Source: Bigelowiella natans CCMP2755 (lineage: Eukaryota; Protista; Cercozoa). From it: 64,000 nt of DNA. The position numbers and the translations under genes are program-made. Under the pieces are notes generated by a model. That model had not been told where the DNA came from. It worked only from the letters and a program-made list of their open reading frames with translations, and made no database searches. How positions within the stretch are numbered: position 1 is the stretch's first letter; each line of letters begins with the position of its first letter. The DNA lies in the NCBI GenBank assembly GCA_000320545.1, contig ADNK01003252.1:11498-75497 (forward strand), read 5' to 3'. Positions 1-12,899 of this stretch are shown here, piece after piece.

Positions 1-367
1 TCACTGATCGCCACAGAATGATGCTTCCAAATGATACGGTAGATCTACGAGAACCGGTAGCGACATCGATATTTTCAACGAAAACAGGTATTGGAGGCTG
101 CGACAACCAGAATCTCCTCAACTTATTTATTTGGCATTTTCGCTTTGTTTTGGCGTCTACGACAATATGTCATGTTGTCGTCGGAGATTAAATCCATTTC
201 GGCGTTATTATTCTAGTTCGCCCTCCCCTCGACCTTCCCATCTCAACCCTAAACCTTTGCCTTCTATACATCGTATTAGCACATCTTTGTGGAAACACTT
301 CAGAGATTACTTGACTGAAATTAGTTGACAAAGTAAATAAACCTTCCTGCATTCTTCGAGAATCACA

Positions 368-1664
368 ATGTCCAGTCTCCGGAATCTGATTCGACGACGA
401 ATCCATAAAGAGAGATCCCAGCCTCAATCCAGAGCTAAATTTGGACTTTTGGAGAAGAAGAAAGACTATAAACTTCGGTATTGTTAGATATAGTACTTAA
501 ATATTCATGTATTTGACGTGTGCTAGATGAAACTCCATTAGAGAATGATCTGTCAGCTGTCGTTGATGGTGGTTTCTATTCACATCATCATCTTCTAATA
601 GTGCGATCGATTACCACCGGAAGCAAGACCACATACACAAGCTACGAAAGAAGGCTGCTTTTCGAAACCCTGATGAGTTTTATTTTAATATGCACAACTC
701 CCAGACTGAGGTAGTTGGTCCTATCCCCCTCCTCCTTCAAATTTTTCTCTCCACCCCCACGACTCCCCCCCCCCCCCCCCCCCCCCCCCCCACACACTCT
801 CCCCCCCTCTCTCTCTCTCTTCAATTTCGCCTTCATGCAATGAGACGTCGACTCAAACGATCCTAAAATTTAGACAGAAACTTTGAAAAAATGTTACTAC
901 AAACCCTTCGTAATGATCGCTCACTGGAATGGACCTACTAACAGGGAGGCGTTCACGTTCTTAGAAGGAGTATAAAGAGGAAGCACAAAGAGGTAACCTT
1001 CATTCCGCACCAACCCAACTAATAAGTACATAGACACTCACCATCATCATCCGGTGCGAGAGTAGGCGACATATACATCTAGCAATGTTCATTTACCCTC
1101 TTTAACGAGTACTCTTAAAATATGATGTGGATCCAGTACTCTTAAACCATCAGTATTGATCGAGTACTCTTAACATGATGATATCCATCATTCTCTTAGA
1201 TTAAAGATGCTAATACCCAAGACCTCAACTATTTACAAATGAAGCAAGTTCAAGAGAAGAGGGTTGCATAATAATCACACGCATTTACAATATGAAATAT
1301 AAGTACGTGTGAATACGTGCAAATGCAAATAGCATTGAGGCTGATTATCTTGCATAAACAAATAGAAAATTGAGAAGTTGAAGGGTGAATTGCACCTTGT
1401 TGAGCACGGAACTAAAGTGAACTCGCATACGATATTTGTGGACAAGTAAATATTGACAACGAATATAGAACATGTAGTTGCAGTAGAATATCATAGTTCA
1501 ACACCGGCAGATTAAAAAGATCTCTCTTGACTGATAGTAACAACTTCTCTATTTATATTTTGCGTATCTTCTGTTATAGTTGTATTTTCTCCTTCCTCGA
1601 CACACACACACATACACACACACACACACACACACATACACACACATACTTATACTCCTTCCTC

Positions 1665-1699
<35 letters not shown>

Positions 1700-1717
1700 T
1701 TATACCATCGTATGCTG

Positions 1718-1759
<42 letters not shown>

Positions 1760-2780
1760 TTGATTAGAGCCGAAGCTGTGCAGACTTTTAACGCAGCTAA
1801 ACACTTCGATACAGTGCCCGGTACTATCAACCGAGTAAGAGGGAGTAGTAACTAATGACCGTGTAGCATTAATGATCCAATTTCGGCGTAATTTAAACAA
1901 TGTATATTCTGAACATTATCTCAGAGCTCGTAGATCATCATCACAACCGTGTAAGGACTTCAGATTTAGAGCGAAACAAGTAAGTGAGAATACCTTGTGT
2001 GTGAAGCACTACTACTCAGCATTAAGCTAAAGAAACCATTTAATGATAATAATGACGATGGAATACCTGTGCACTGCTGTCGCAATTCGTCATCATGATG
2101 ACTGACTTAACTTCGATTACCTTCATTCTTTCAATTTCCTATCTGACATCATTTAGGATAGACGGAGAGGATGAAACTGCCCGGAAAAAATTCAAGAGAA
2201 AGAGATTGAAGATGTAGCGCATCCCTAGCGATTGAATCATTTAATTTCGGTGTTACTGTCTGAGTATTACTATTTTCCCAAAAACTGTGTTTTAATTTGA
2301 GTAACTTTAAAATCTATCTCTACAATAAAGTACGGTGCATTGACAGTCTTACTTATGTGGATGATGTATTGAAAACAATTGTAGGTACCGTGAGCTAGCT
2401 GCGAGAATTGATAGAAAGAATGCATTGGGTAGGCGCATGCACGTATCTCCGACACCGAACAGTCAAGAAGACCCTTCCCTTCGTTTACTTCTCTTCTCTC
2501 ATCAGTCAGTTCATTGTGCGCCCAACAAACAACTTACAATATCCTTATACAGGTGAATTGGTACGTAAGGCCCAGACACGTAGAGATTTAATGGGCAAAG
2601 GACGAAAAAAGAAAATCGTTACACTGGATGAGTTCGGTGAAGAGGTAGTACTCCAAATACCACTCACAGTTGTGTATTTTATGTGTCTTGGGTAATGCTT
2701 AATTAAGGTATTTCGTTCCCAATTTTTTTTAGGATAAAAGCAAGACAATATACAAGTGGAGTCAGCAACGCAAAAAATGA
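368..2780 (+). CDS. UTP11: U3 snoRNA-associated protein 11 (SSU processome), 11 exons
   Basis: Manually spliced GT-AG exons (368-477, 602-710, 945-992, 1200-1262, 1366-1445, 1768-1820, 1925-1979, 2157-2213, 2385-2428, 2553-2645, 2733-2780) join in frame: [91 protein letters not shown], matching Utp11 family motifs. Confidence 0.93.
1600..1757. repeat. (CA)n and (TA)n microsatellites in a UTP11 intron
   Basis: Two CA tracts, each preceded by ctccttcctcga, then a TA tract; shows TpA is abundant in genic DNA. Confidence 0.95.
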
Positions 2781-2948
2781 TTAGTATTGAACGTAGTAGA
2801 AATCGTGCACATAAGTGGCGGGCAATCCCTAAAAAGTTAAAATAAATTATTCATTTGTCTCAACAGACCTATCCAACTATCGTGTCAGCGATGCAAAATG
2901 TCATTTTTTGTGAACTTTGGCTAAATAATATTAATATGTCAGCGAATG

Positions 2949-2988
<40 letters not shown>

Positions 2989-2989
2989 T

Positions 2990-3900
2990 AGAGCCACTGC
3001 TAGCTGGCACAAACTTGTCACATGCTACTTAACTAGTGAAGCTACCGTGCTGTGTGTAACACCTTCCTCACAAAGTTCGGGGAAACGTAATATGCGACTA
3101 AAATGCAACTTCTTCGCCTGGCATTTACAGTTAGTGTGCCCTAGTAGCACATGGACAACTAGATGCACACAGCAAGTCGAGCGTAGCACATACCATGCGC
3201 TCGGATCTGCAATATCTAGTCTGCGCATCGTGACGCGTCACATTGCGTAGTTTCTAGCTATATCAGTCAGAGAACGGGCACAACGTACGTGATTACACAT
3301 TTGGTTAGACTCACATGCTGGCTATAGCTAGCTAGGTAGCACTAGAGCATGCGTTGTGATATGCGTGATATGCATGCTTCACTAGTCCATGTGAAGGTGC
3401 GCATCGATCACCATGTTAAGGCATTTCATGTGCTACGTTAGGCAACCTGATGACAATGCGTTGCGGCTCAATAAGGGCTATACATTTGCGACGGTTTGCA
3501 AGTGAGCTACCACAGCTCTTTCTAGCTTTGTTGTGCTACGTATAGGCGCATACATGCAATGCTAGCTACGCATGTGTATTGTGACGGTGCGGATCTGCTT
3601 CGTTGCAAGTATAACTTCCGTGGGCGGATGCGACGCATTCACGTATGTTTGGAACAATGCACGAACCAGCCATGGCAGTAGTACGTTCCAACCATGCCCA
3701 GCTTCATGCGCTGCCCCAGTTGCATGCTTACATAGCGTAGCTAACGATGCACGAGCCGTCGTACAATTTTTTGTGCTGGGCATTCATAATTTAATTCATA
3801 TGTGAACATGTACTACCTTCAGATCTGATTTGTATGCGTGCGCGTATTCATAGCAGTTTAACCATTCACGTCACAGCAGTGCTAAAGCGTAACGACTAGC
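2990..3900. repeat. Intergenic repeat-like sequence rich in GCTAGC/TGCA/CATG, only partly TpA-depleted
   Basis: Same short-palindrome vocabulary as 31900-32340, 54730-55120 and 60380-62130 (cacaaacttgtcaca here, cacaaaacttgtcaca near 32038), but keeps many TA sites. Homology not established by alignment. Confidence 0.4.
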
Positions 3901-4186
3901 TGAAGCTAGTAATAATTGACAATAAGAAGCAATAAGAAGCAATGATTTATTTATCTCGCGTAGTATGTAGCCGGCAAAACAATGTAAGAGCATCGACATA
4001 GTTACAATTTTCATATTACATTGACAACATAATCTTTAATCATGTGACGTACATACACCTTTATATAATTCTATGCTCTCCACACGCAGGTGCTTAAAGC
4101 TCATGAACATACTTCGGGGTATTTGGGATTTCCTTAGACAGATACACACAGATCGATTGATTGAGAAAGATTACTATGATCTATGA

Positions 4187-7100
4187 TCATACCATTGCTG
4201 ACATGTCCGGTGTCCTTGGACGTCTTCTTGATCCCTTACCCTTTGTTACTGGACGTCGCAACGACCTCCCCTGTGTTTCTGGAGTAAATGCTCCGCGGGG
4301 AGTGTGATGGCCGCTGTCAAGATTAGGCGTTCCAGGATTGCTATCATCGCCGACTTTGCTATCGAGCCGATAAACCTTCCCTTCAGCAGTAGGAATCACC
4401 TCCAAGATATCGTTATTTGGTGTTGTTCCTCTGATACTATCAGTTATCACAACCTGTCCTCCAATGCTCCCCCTAACCCCTCCTCCTCCTGCTTGTGATA
4501 GAGCCTGAGAGGTGCCTATTCTAATGGAATCCATGGGCAGAGGACTCACGTTTTGTACGGGAACCACAGGGGTCATTTGAACCACGTTCTTTTCTACAAA
4601 TTGTCGGTTATCACCTTTAGGTGACTTGTTGCACTGACGGTAAACACATATTCCGATTACAACTCCCACGATCACACCAACAATTGCACCGACGATGACT
4701 ATCATTGATCCACCGCCCCCACCGCCCCCACCTGATGCACTTGCTACTGTTGCTGGAGGATCAGTCGGTTGTTGCGTTGGTGAAGGCGTGATCGCAGTTG
4801 TTGGCGAAAATGTCGCTGGTACGTAGGTAGTTTGGACAACCGGGGCACCATATCTCGATGTATTAAAACCTGAATTTGCTGTAAATATAGCTTGGGGAGC
4901 AGTAGTCGCCTGTGTTGCTGCAGATTGTGCCATCGTCGTGTTTGTAGTTCTAATCTCGCTGTTTACCACTGTGCTGCCTGTTTCGTATCCAAGAATAAAA
5001 ATCAAATCTTCTGGCACCTCTATAGAGCGAGAAAGCGCCTCTTTGTAATTGTCCTCGAATTCAGTCTGTTCTGTAGGGGTCCAAACCCGGTAATCAATGT
5101 TGGCAAACGTAGCTTTAATCTCCACCTTTTGCACTAGCTCAGGTGTTGGATAGCGGGTTGGCGATTCGATTGGGGTGAACGTTGGCAACGGAGTTGGAGG
5201 TGTTGATGTAGGGCGACGGGTAGGCTCTGGTGTTGGCTCTGGTGTTGGCTCTGGTGTTGGCTCAGGTGTTGGCTCAGGTGTTGGCTCAGGTGTTGGCTCA
5301 GGAGTTGGCTCAGGAGTAGTAGTGGGGGAGACTGTAGCTCCAACTGATGTAGGGTCAGGAGTTGGCTCTGGTGTGGGTGCTGGTGTCGGATTAGGTGTTG
5401 GCTGTGGTGTCACCGCATTTGTAGGCTGATTCGTTGGAGAAGAGTTTGATACACAAAGCTTATTTTCACAAGTCGTGAAACCATTAGGGCACTGTGAGCA
5501 TGAGGTCCCTTGCGTGTAGACCAGCTGGCTACCAACATTTCCGCCGTACCCATATATGCAGACCCAAAATAGGTTGTATGTCGGTAACCCAGTTGCTTTT
5601 GCACATCCCAATAGATACGAATTATGCCAAAGACATTGAGTCATGTGGCCACCGTTGCTCCTGGAATAATCTTGATTTTGAGAATACCGTTCACTTTCTA
5701 CCCAGCCTTGCATTACCGCAGCGACTGTTTGTTGACCCGCAGCAATATTTTCACCATGATATCCACTGAAGACTCCATTGTCAAACGTGCGGAAAGCTTG
5801 CGAACTGTGCTCGAACACAAGTTTATCTGCCACTTCCTTTGCTTTCTGCGCGATCGCATCATTCCAGACCATCTTCATCATGTTCGCAGCGTCTGGGCTG
5901 ACAGTGCGGCGATCTTCATTGTGCAGATCCAAAAAAGAATCGATCTCTGCCTGGGTTAGACCAACAGTTCCTGGCGTTGGAGGAGAAGTTGGAGCTGATG
6001 TAGGAAGGGGAGTCGGAGCTACCGGACTTGTCGTTGGGTTCAGAGGCGTCGGATTAAGCGTTGCTGTTGGGCAGGTTGTTGGTGTAGCAGTAATTGGAGA
6101 ACCAGTCACTGGCGAGGCCGTTGGCACTTTGACTGTCGGTGCGTTTGTGCCCGGGCAGGTGAAGCTAGAATCGTCGCACAAGTCGATACTCACATGCTTG
6201 CCTTCCTCGTCGCGACAAGTCTTGCCTTGGCTGGTGCACGCAAAGTGATAGAAACGAATGATAGAGCTTGTAACGCATGTGCCGTTCCCAGTGTCTGATG
6301 TAGCACGGCATTGCATGTTGGTTCCGCATGGTGTTCCACTCGCAGCACCACTTCCGGAGCTCTGATAAGAAAAACCATTTGTCGTAGAGCACCACATCGT
6401 ATCAGTGCAAATGTTGCTTCCTCCAAGGTCCTTCCATTTAGGATAGTTGGAGTTTCCACAGTTATCAGAGCGACTTTTGCAATCGCCCTTGTAGCAGTAT
6501 CCGCTCTCGCTGACACCCAAGTCCGTGACATCATTGCATGTCGTTCCGGTCTTGTTAAACAAGTTCGTTGGGCACTGCCCACTCGATCCAGTGCATGTTT
6601 CCGGGAAATCACATTCTGGACTTGTCGCATTGCGACAGACGTGCGAGCTAGACATGAACTGGCCTGTGCTGCTGCAGCAAGGCTCAGTAGTACCGCATTG
6701 GCAACCAGAAGCAAGCGTACAATCGGAATTGCAGCAAGTGTCGGAATCAAACTGATCGTATCCTACATCGCACTGCTCGTTGCCCTCTATAAAACCGTTT
6801 CCACAGGTGTGGGTCTTGTAGCCGTCCACTCCGCTGTCATTCTCCATACAACGGCTCAGCTGACTGCCGTACTTGCTTGTGAAGAAGGTATTAGCATATC
6901 CCTTACTCTGCGAGGTAAACGAGTACAGCGGCGTTGGAGAGACGGAGGAAGACATAATCCCCTGGCCAGTGGACGAATCATGGCTCATACCGAAGTTATG
7001 GCCAAGCTCATGGGCGACGATGGACGCTGTGTAGTACGCAGACTGGAAGGTATCTTGGTTGACAGCTGCAGAGTTTGAGCCACATAAAGTGCCAACCCAC

Positions 7101-9640
7101 GCTAGACCGACGGTGGAGCCGCTGAAATCCCTACCTGAGATGAGGTGAGCGTTGTCAATCTCACCAAACACGGCCTGCAGACCAGATGCGTGATCGGTGC
7201 GGGTATACGATGTGAAGCTGCTGAGAAGCGAGTTTGCCGACACCTCTCCTGTTGCAGCGGTGTACGTAAATCCACTTGGATTTGCAGATCTGAACGTGAG
7301 TATGCCCTGCAGACGCAGCTTCACGTAGCAGTTAAACGTTGAGCTGTCATGAAGTCCAGGATAGTTTTGTCCTTGGTATGTTCCGCCATAGTACAGGTAA
7401 TACACGTATGTGAAGATTTGCACTGCGCGCATTTCAGTATCAGGCCCTCTCATAGCGTACGCGGCAGCATCGTTAACCTTTTGATGAACATATGATTAGT
7501 AAATATTGAGAATGTTGAACTTAATTTCTAATAAAAATTACAAGCAGCCAGTCGAGATATTTTGTTTCCCCAGATTGACAATCGCTTGCAGTTTGAAGTC
7601 CAACGTTGTTTCGAACATTTTTAAGCTGCGTGTGGAAATCCGTAGATATATATGACGCATGCTCATCTGTATTCCCGCACTAAAAGATTACAAAGTTTAA
7701 AATGAGTCATTGGTTGATTGGGGATGAGGTTAGTATTCTTAAACAACATACAGTGTGTTTTTCTTCGGTCTTATGATCCTTAACATCCACAATGACATGG
7801 CGTTTCATATCCTTAAGATATCTAAGATTATAAATAATAAAATACACGATAAGCGGTAGATAAATATATACCGTTAGAAATGCAGATATATTAGTATTGA
7901 ATTACTGTATCTCAAATGTTCCTCCTGGATGACGAATGACAGCATCTATGCCGCCTCTACAGGAACTTATTAAAGCATCTCCTTGAACATCTCCGGTAGT
8001 TGAGTTGACCACACCTTTTCGTAAGTCGTTAAGGATTACTTCTTGGACCGGCTAAGCTTTCTTCTTCCCCCCCCCCCCCTCCCCCCCTCTCTCTCTTTTC
8101 TCTCTCACACTCACTTATTCACACATCTACTCGCATATACAAGTAGGGAGAGAAGGGGAGAGAGAGAGAGAGAGAGTGAGAGAGAGTTTAACACGAAAAT
8201 ATACGAAATACATACTGGAATGAATTTTCTGAAGCTTACTTACCGACATAATAACAGGTTGGTATTCCGGGCTTACTAAACACTACGTTTCCGTCAGCAT
8301 CCATAACAACTTCTTTGTAGTCATGATGAAAGAAATTCGTCTTTCGTTTTGCAATGATTGTAAATGAATGGCCATGTGCATTGAAGTGCAGGTTCAACAT
8401 TTCTGCGTGACCTAAGACAAACCGATTTTTTTTTAAGTATGGGAAATGGATTTCTTCCATATTAATCTGGATCGTTAAAGCACTTACCTTCTGATGTAGT
8501 TTCTCTTTGCTCTCCCACATCAAAGAGCTTGACTGTCTCAGGATGGTTAAGATGGAAAATATCAACATATTCGAAGTAGCCTGCTTCGCTCCGAATATCA
8601 TTGCGATTAAGTTTCTGCAGGGTTGTTTTGCGACGATGAGAGCGATCGCCTTGTTCACCTTCATGATGGCGATGATGATTGAAGGAATGATGATGATCAT
8701 GACTATGACTGTGCGTCTCTTCGTTATGATCTTCGTTTCCACACTGCAAATGAATTCATGGTTAGGTCAAGGTCAAATCAAGATGAAGATAAGAATATTT
8801 ACCTTATGCACTTCGTCTGTCTGATGGTGCTTCATATCCACGATAACGTGCTGGTCATCGTCTCTCAGATACCTGATAAAGTTGGGAATCATTATAAGTT
8901 CTCTCGTCCCATCCTCTCTATGGTGCACACTTACTGAATCTCAAAAGAGCCTCCCTCATGGCGAACCATAGCATCAATACCGCCTTTGCAGGTACTAAAA
9001 GCAACATGCCCATTTTCATTTACTCGTCCTTCGTAGAAACAATCTGGAGCGCCGACTTTAGTGAAAACAATTTCGTCACCGTCCATCTGTATCTCTTTGT
9101 AGTCCTCGTGGAAGAAATCGCGCTTCTTCGTTGCTTCAATGTGGAAAGCCTTACCAAAAGCGCTGAAACTAAGGTCAAGAGCTTCTGGATGGCCTTTTCA
9201 AAAGTAGGATAAGAAATTTTCAAATAGTGCTACTTATATTGATTTTCTCTACTGTAAGCCCTGCAGAATTGAGTACCTGTGAAATCCGTTCCTGAAACAC
9301 CCTGCAGCCGCAACACAGGAGCCATCTTCGATGGATGATTCAGGTGGAAAATATCTAAGTACTCAAACTGAGAAACCTCACTGCGAATATCTCGGCTATG
9401 GTACTGGGACATAGACGCTGGCTCGCCAAGAAGCGTTGGCCCGTCGTTGTGGTAGGTATAACCAGGAACATCTTTGTGGGTATGTACATGATGTTCATGA
9501 TCGTGCTCATTGCCATGAGCGTGAAGATGATCCTCATGGTATTCATGTTCAGTTTCTCTGGAATCGCCATCGATAGAGTATGCATAGACCAGGCATACAC
9601 CTGTAAACAGGCACGACAGCCTCGTACCTAAACCCACCAT
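4187..9640 (-). CDS. ADAM/reprolysin (M12B) metalloprotease: signal peptide, two tandem prodomains, catalytic domain, disintegrin/Cys-rich region, CAP (SCP/PR-1) domain, Pro/Thr stalk, TM helix, cytoplasmic tail; ~9 exons
   Basis: The large last exon has HELGHNFGMSHD, CGNGFIEGNEQCD and ECDFPETCTGSSGQCP, CAP motifs (LHNEDRR, GENIA, GHMTQCLW, VCIYGYGGN), PTPE repeats and hydrophobic MIVIVGAIVGVIVGVVIGICVY. Upstream exons give a signal peptide (ATG 9640), prodomain motifs CFYEG..VAFSTC and CYYVG..ISSC, and KYLDWLL|VND. Internal exon borders are approximate. Confidence 0.88.
5215..5405 (-). repeat. 12-bp coding tandem repeat (PTPE)n, mucin-like stalk
   Basis: ggtgttggctc(t/a) units in tandem inside the ADAM ORF. 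Confidence 0.9.
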
Positions 9641-10749
9641 GCAAATTTCGATGTTAATCTACTTGCGTGTAGATCTAGATCTAATTGAGATTTATTACAT
9701 GTTCCTCGGTAAAGTGGATTGTTCCATGGAAACGGTCACTTGCGTTTGTGTAGTAGAGCCGTTATCATTCTCAACAAGTATCTCAGCAACAAAAATACGA
9801 AACTTAAAGGCCATCCACCATCGATTTTTCGAAATTAATTAATTCTTTCTTATTTGGTTTAATTCACTTGGTCTAATCTACGACATATTTTTCCTCTATG
9901 TCGCTGCCAAGAATAGGACCGCGCTTCTGACAACGGGATTGTGAAATTTGGGTAAAATCGCAGATCGAGCTTCTTCAGCATCTTCCAAAAATAGACTCAC
10001 ACAATTAACGTAACTTTTAAATTCGTTTCGTGTAGACGAGATTGCAACAATGTAAAGTTTCAAGCTCATTTTCAATGAAATCTCCGATCAGTGTGTCTTT
10101 TTCACAATTTTAATAAGTGCCCAAGAAGTCTTAACATTGCTCCGAATTCCACTCATCCACGCACACGGAGAATTAGTGGCACTTGAACTTCAAGAAGAGC
10201 TGCATTTGTGGGTTTTTTTTCATTTGTTTTTGTTGCTTTCAAGTCTCTCCCTTCCAAACACATTGCATTGAGACAGCTTTCCGCGGAACCTCCGCATTTT
10301 GTCCCTCATGAAAGTGCTCACAAATCCACGGGTGGTTTTGCATCCCTTGTTCCGGCTCCGGCGCTTCAGATGGGTAGCCATGGCAACTTCATCCCTTCAC
10401 GCGGCTTTTTTGGAGCCTCTGATGGGTTGTTAGCTGGTTTTCATGTCTCATCACCAACAGGGTGCTGACAAGTCCTTGCAACGAGCAACGCTTTGTTCAT
10501 TGTTCATTGTTCATTGAGTGTTGTTGAGGCTCTGCTGCACGCAAACGCCTGTCTCCCATGTGGTTCTGGCGCATGTGGATTTGATCAACGCTTTGTTCAT
10601 TGTTCATTGTTCATTGCACACCCATGATTGCGCAGAACGGCTCGGTGGTTTGGTGCCCCAACAAGTTCAAAAAGTGGTTCGCGCACTGCAACGACTGGCA
10701 GGACTGGTCACAGCTAGAACTTGGTGAAATTCCACAACTTGCTCCGAAA

Positions 10750-10910
10750 ACATTCGGACCAAAGACCATGCAGAAATCTTCGGACATCTTCGGATCTTCG
10801 GATGTCTTTGGGACGTTCCCACGTGTCATTCTTCGGACACGTTCGGACACATTCGGAAATCACAAGAGACAAAATGATCTTCGGACACACTCGGACAATT
10901 CGGACAGTTT
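10750..10910 (+). repeat. Cluster of short TTCGGA(CA) repeats, possibly subterminal repeats of a degraded DNA transposon
   Basis: About 10 copies of (t)tcgga(c) in 160 bp. Confidence 0.55.
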
Positions 10911-12565
10911 CAACATCCCCTGCAGGGATTTTTCATGAAATCTCATGTGGTGAAAACGCACGAATTTTGTTTCAAAGACATCCAACAGGTGTTGCATCTT
11001 TGAACATTGAAATTTGAGCAGACTCGCAAACCCCAAAAATTGCGCTGCCCAAAAGCGGATCTTGTGCACATTGTTTTCGCACGAGTGCTCGATTCAATGT
11101 TGCATGAATTCAAGTTCAATTCGCCTGCTGCGTGGACGTGGCCGGCGAAATTCCACACGCCACTTTGTCAAAGCTGCGCTAGCTGGCCAGACTAGCAGAG
11201 CGCATCGTGGCGCGCGTTCGAACACCTTTGTGTTTTTTTGGGCTCCAGCTCGTCGAAAGAAGCTGGAATGCCAGAGTGGGATGGATGGCTGAATGGCCCA
11301 CTTCATCATTTTTCATGAAAAATCATCACTTTTTTCAAAACCACAATGAGTCGTCATCTGATCATGCGCACGCACAATCCAGGTCAAAATGCCAAAGTTG
11401 TTTCAGCCCCAGAGCTTGCTTGCAACTCCCAAAATTGATTCAACGAATGGCTGTCGATGGAGTGCCAGAGTGCCCGACTGACCCGACACGTCTGTGTCTG
11501 GCTAGCTGTCCAGCTCCAGAGCTGTGAACATCAGTCGAGCTTGTTTGTGTCGGCATTTCAATTTTTCAAATTTTCTTGAATGAAACTTGGCACTGTGATG
11601 CACGTGCACGCACCGTGTTCGCTAGTTCGATGAAAACTTGGCGGTCGATCGATCCAACAAATTGCAAGTCGTTGGCTGCACGCATGCCGCCAGCTAGGCA
11701 CGAATGTGTTGCAGCGTGCATGGTGGGTGCACGCGCACACGCATGTGCGACACACGGACACACCTCAAAAAATGCTGGAGCGAATGCTTGTCGCGGATGC
11801 GCAACGTGCAAAATGGTGGACGTGTGGTGATCATCACACGTGTGTTGCACGTTGGAACGTTTTTGTGTGGGCGCCCTTCCTCACCATCCAACGTTGCATG
11901 CATTGCATTGCGTTGTCTGTGATCAGAGCTGGGTGCAAATGGTTTTTTCCATTTGGAAACATTTTTGTTTTTTCTGCACAAGTGCCAGAGTGTTCGATTT
12001 GAACAAACAATGCCCACGTGACGGGAAACTGGCATTCGATTCGTTCAATGATGGACATGTGACATCACACGTGCATCACGTGTGTCATTGCTGTGTCTGT
12101 GATCAGTGCACTGATGTCAGACATGTGACATCATCTAGTCATGCATGTGTTGTGCGCGCTGTCACTGTGCAACTGTGTCTGCAATTTCAAACAATGTTCG
12201 AACTCAGAAAAATGTTTGCAAACATTTTCCTGTGGAATTGTTCATTGCAAACAATTTGAAACGTTTTCGAATGGTCACTGAAACAACTTGTGCGCTGCAC
12301 TTGCCGTGCACTTTGTCACTTGTCACCCTCATCGTGCTCACACACTTGAGCAGCGCAATGTTGCTGCAGCCTTTCACTCTTGTGCGCAAGTGCTTTGATC
12401 TTGCATGCTTGTGTGACATGCGTGGCCGATTGCATGGGTGGTCATGCAGCCTGAAGGGCCACAGAGCGCACCGCTAGACCGGGTCGAAGGCACACATGTT
12501 CTCTGAGACACACGTGGTTTGTTTGGACGAACGTGCACACTTCACAAATGAACGTTCACTTTGAT

Positions 12566-12874
12566 CAGCATCAGACATGTGCGCGCATTGCTTTGATTCG
12601 GAGAGCTCCAACAATGGACATCTGTGACATTCACCAGCTGAGGGGATTTGCAGCAGGGGCTTCCGACATTGCCGGGGGGCCGCCCCAAACAATTCACCGG
12701 CATGCATGCTTCAGGTGAAATTGGCCAAGATGCATGCACACGGCTGATCAAACGGTCATCAAAAGATCACAATCCAAACAACCATTTGCCACGCATGCAC
12801 GCTGCTCTTGCACACGGCTCGCCCCGCGTGGAGTCTCGGTGAGTGCAGCACGGCGCATGGCTGGAACATTGCAA
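12566..12874 (+). repeat. 5' LTR of Copia A
   Basis: First 220 bp nearly identical to 25015-25234. The right end is inferred from the PBS at 12877. Confidence 0.8.
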
Positions 12875-12876
12875 TT

Positions 12877-12891
12877 GGTCATGAGCCTCAA
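12877..12891 (+). promoter_or_regulatory. Primer-binding site of Copia A (complementary to tRNA-Met anticodon arm; GGTTATGAGCC mutated to GGTCATGAGCC)
   Basis: GGTCATGAGCCTCAA is identical to the PBS of element B and resembles the half-tRNA(iMet) PBS used by Drosophila copia-type elements. Confidence 0.75.
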
Positions 12892-12899
12892 TGACAACA

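Noticed and set aside
9900-10470. Degenerate pogo/Tc5-like transposase N-terminus on the - strand
   Set aside because: Only vague similarity across several stops and frameshifts; cannot be supported without a search.
10500-12560. Many overlapping 60-250 aa Cys/His-rich ORFs (also at 26700-27800, 53700-55000 and 60000-62000) as real genes
   Set aside because: Explained by loss of TAA/TAG stops; no recognisable domains or splice structure.
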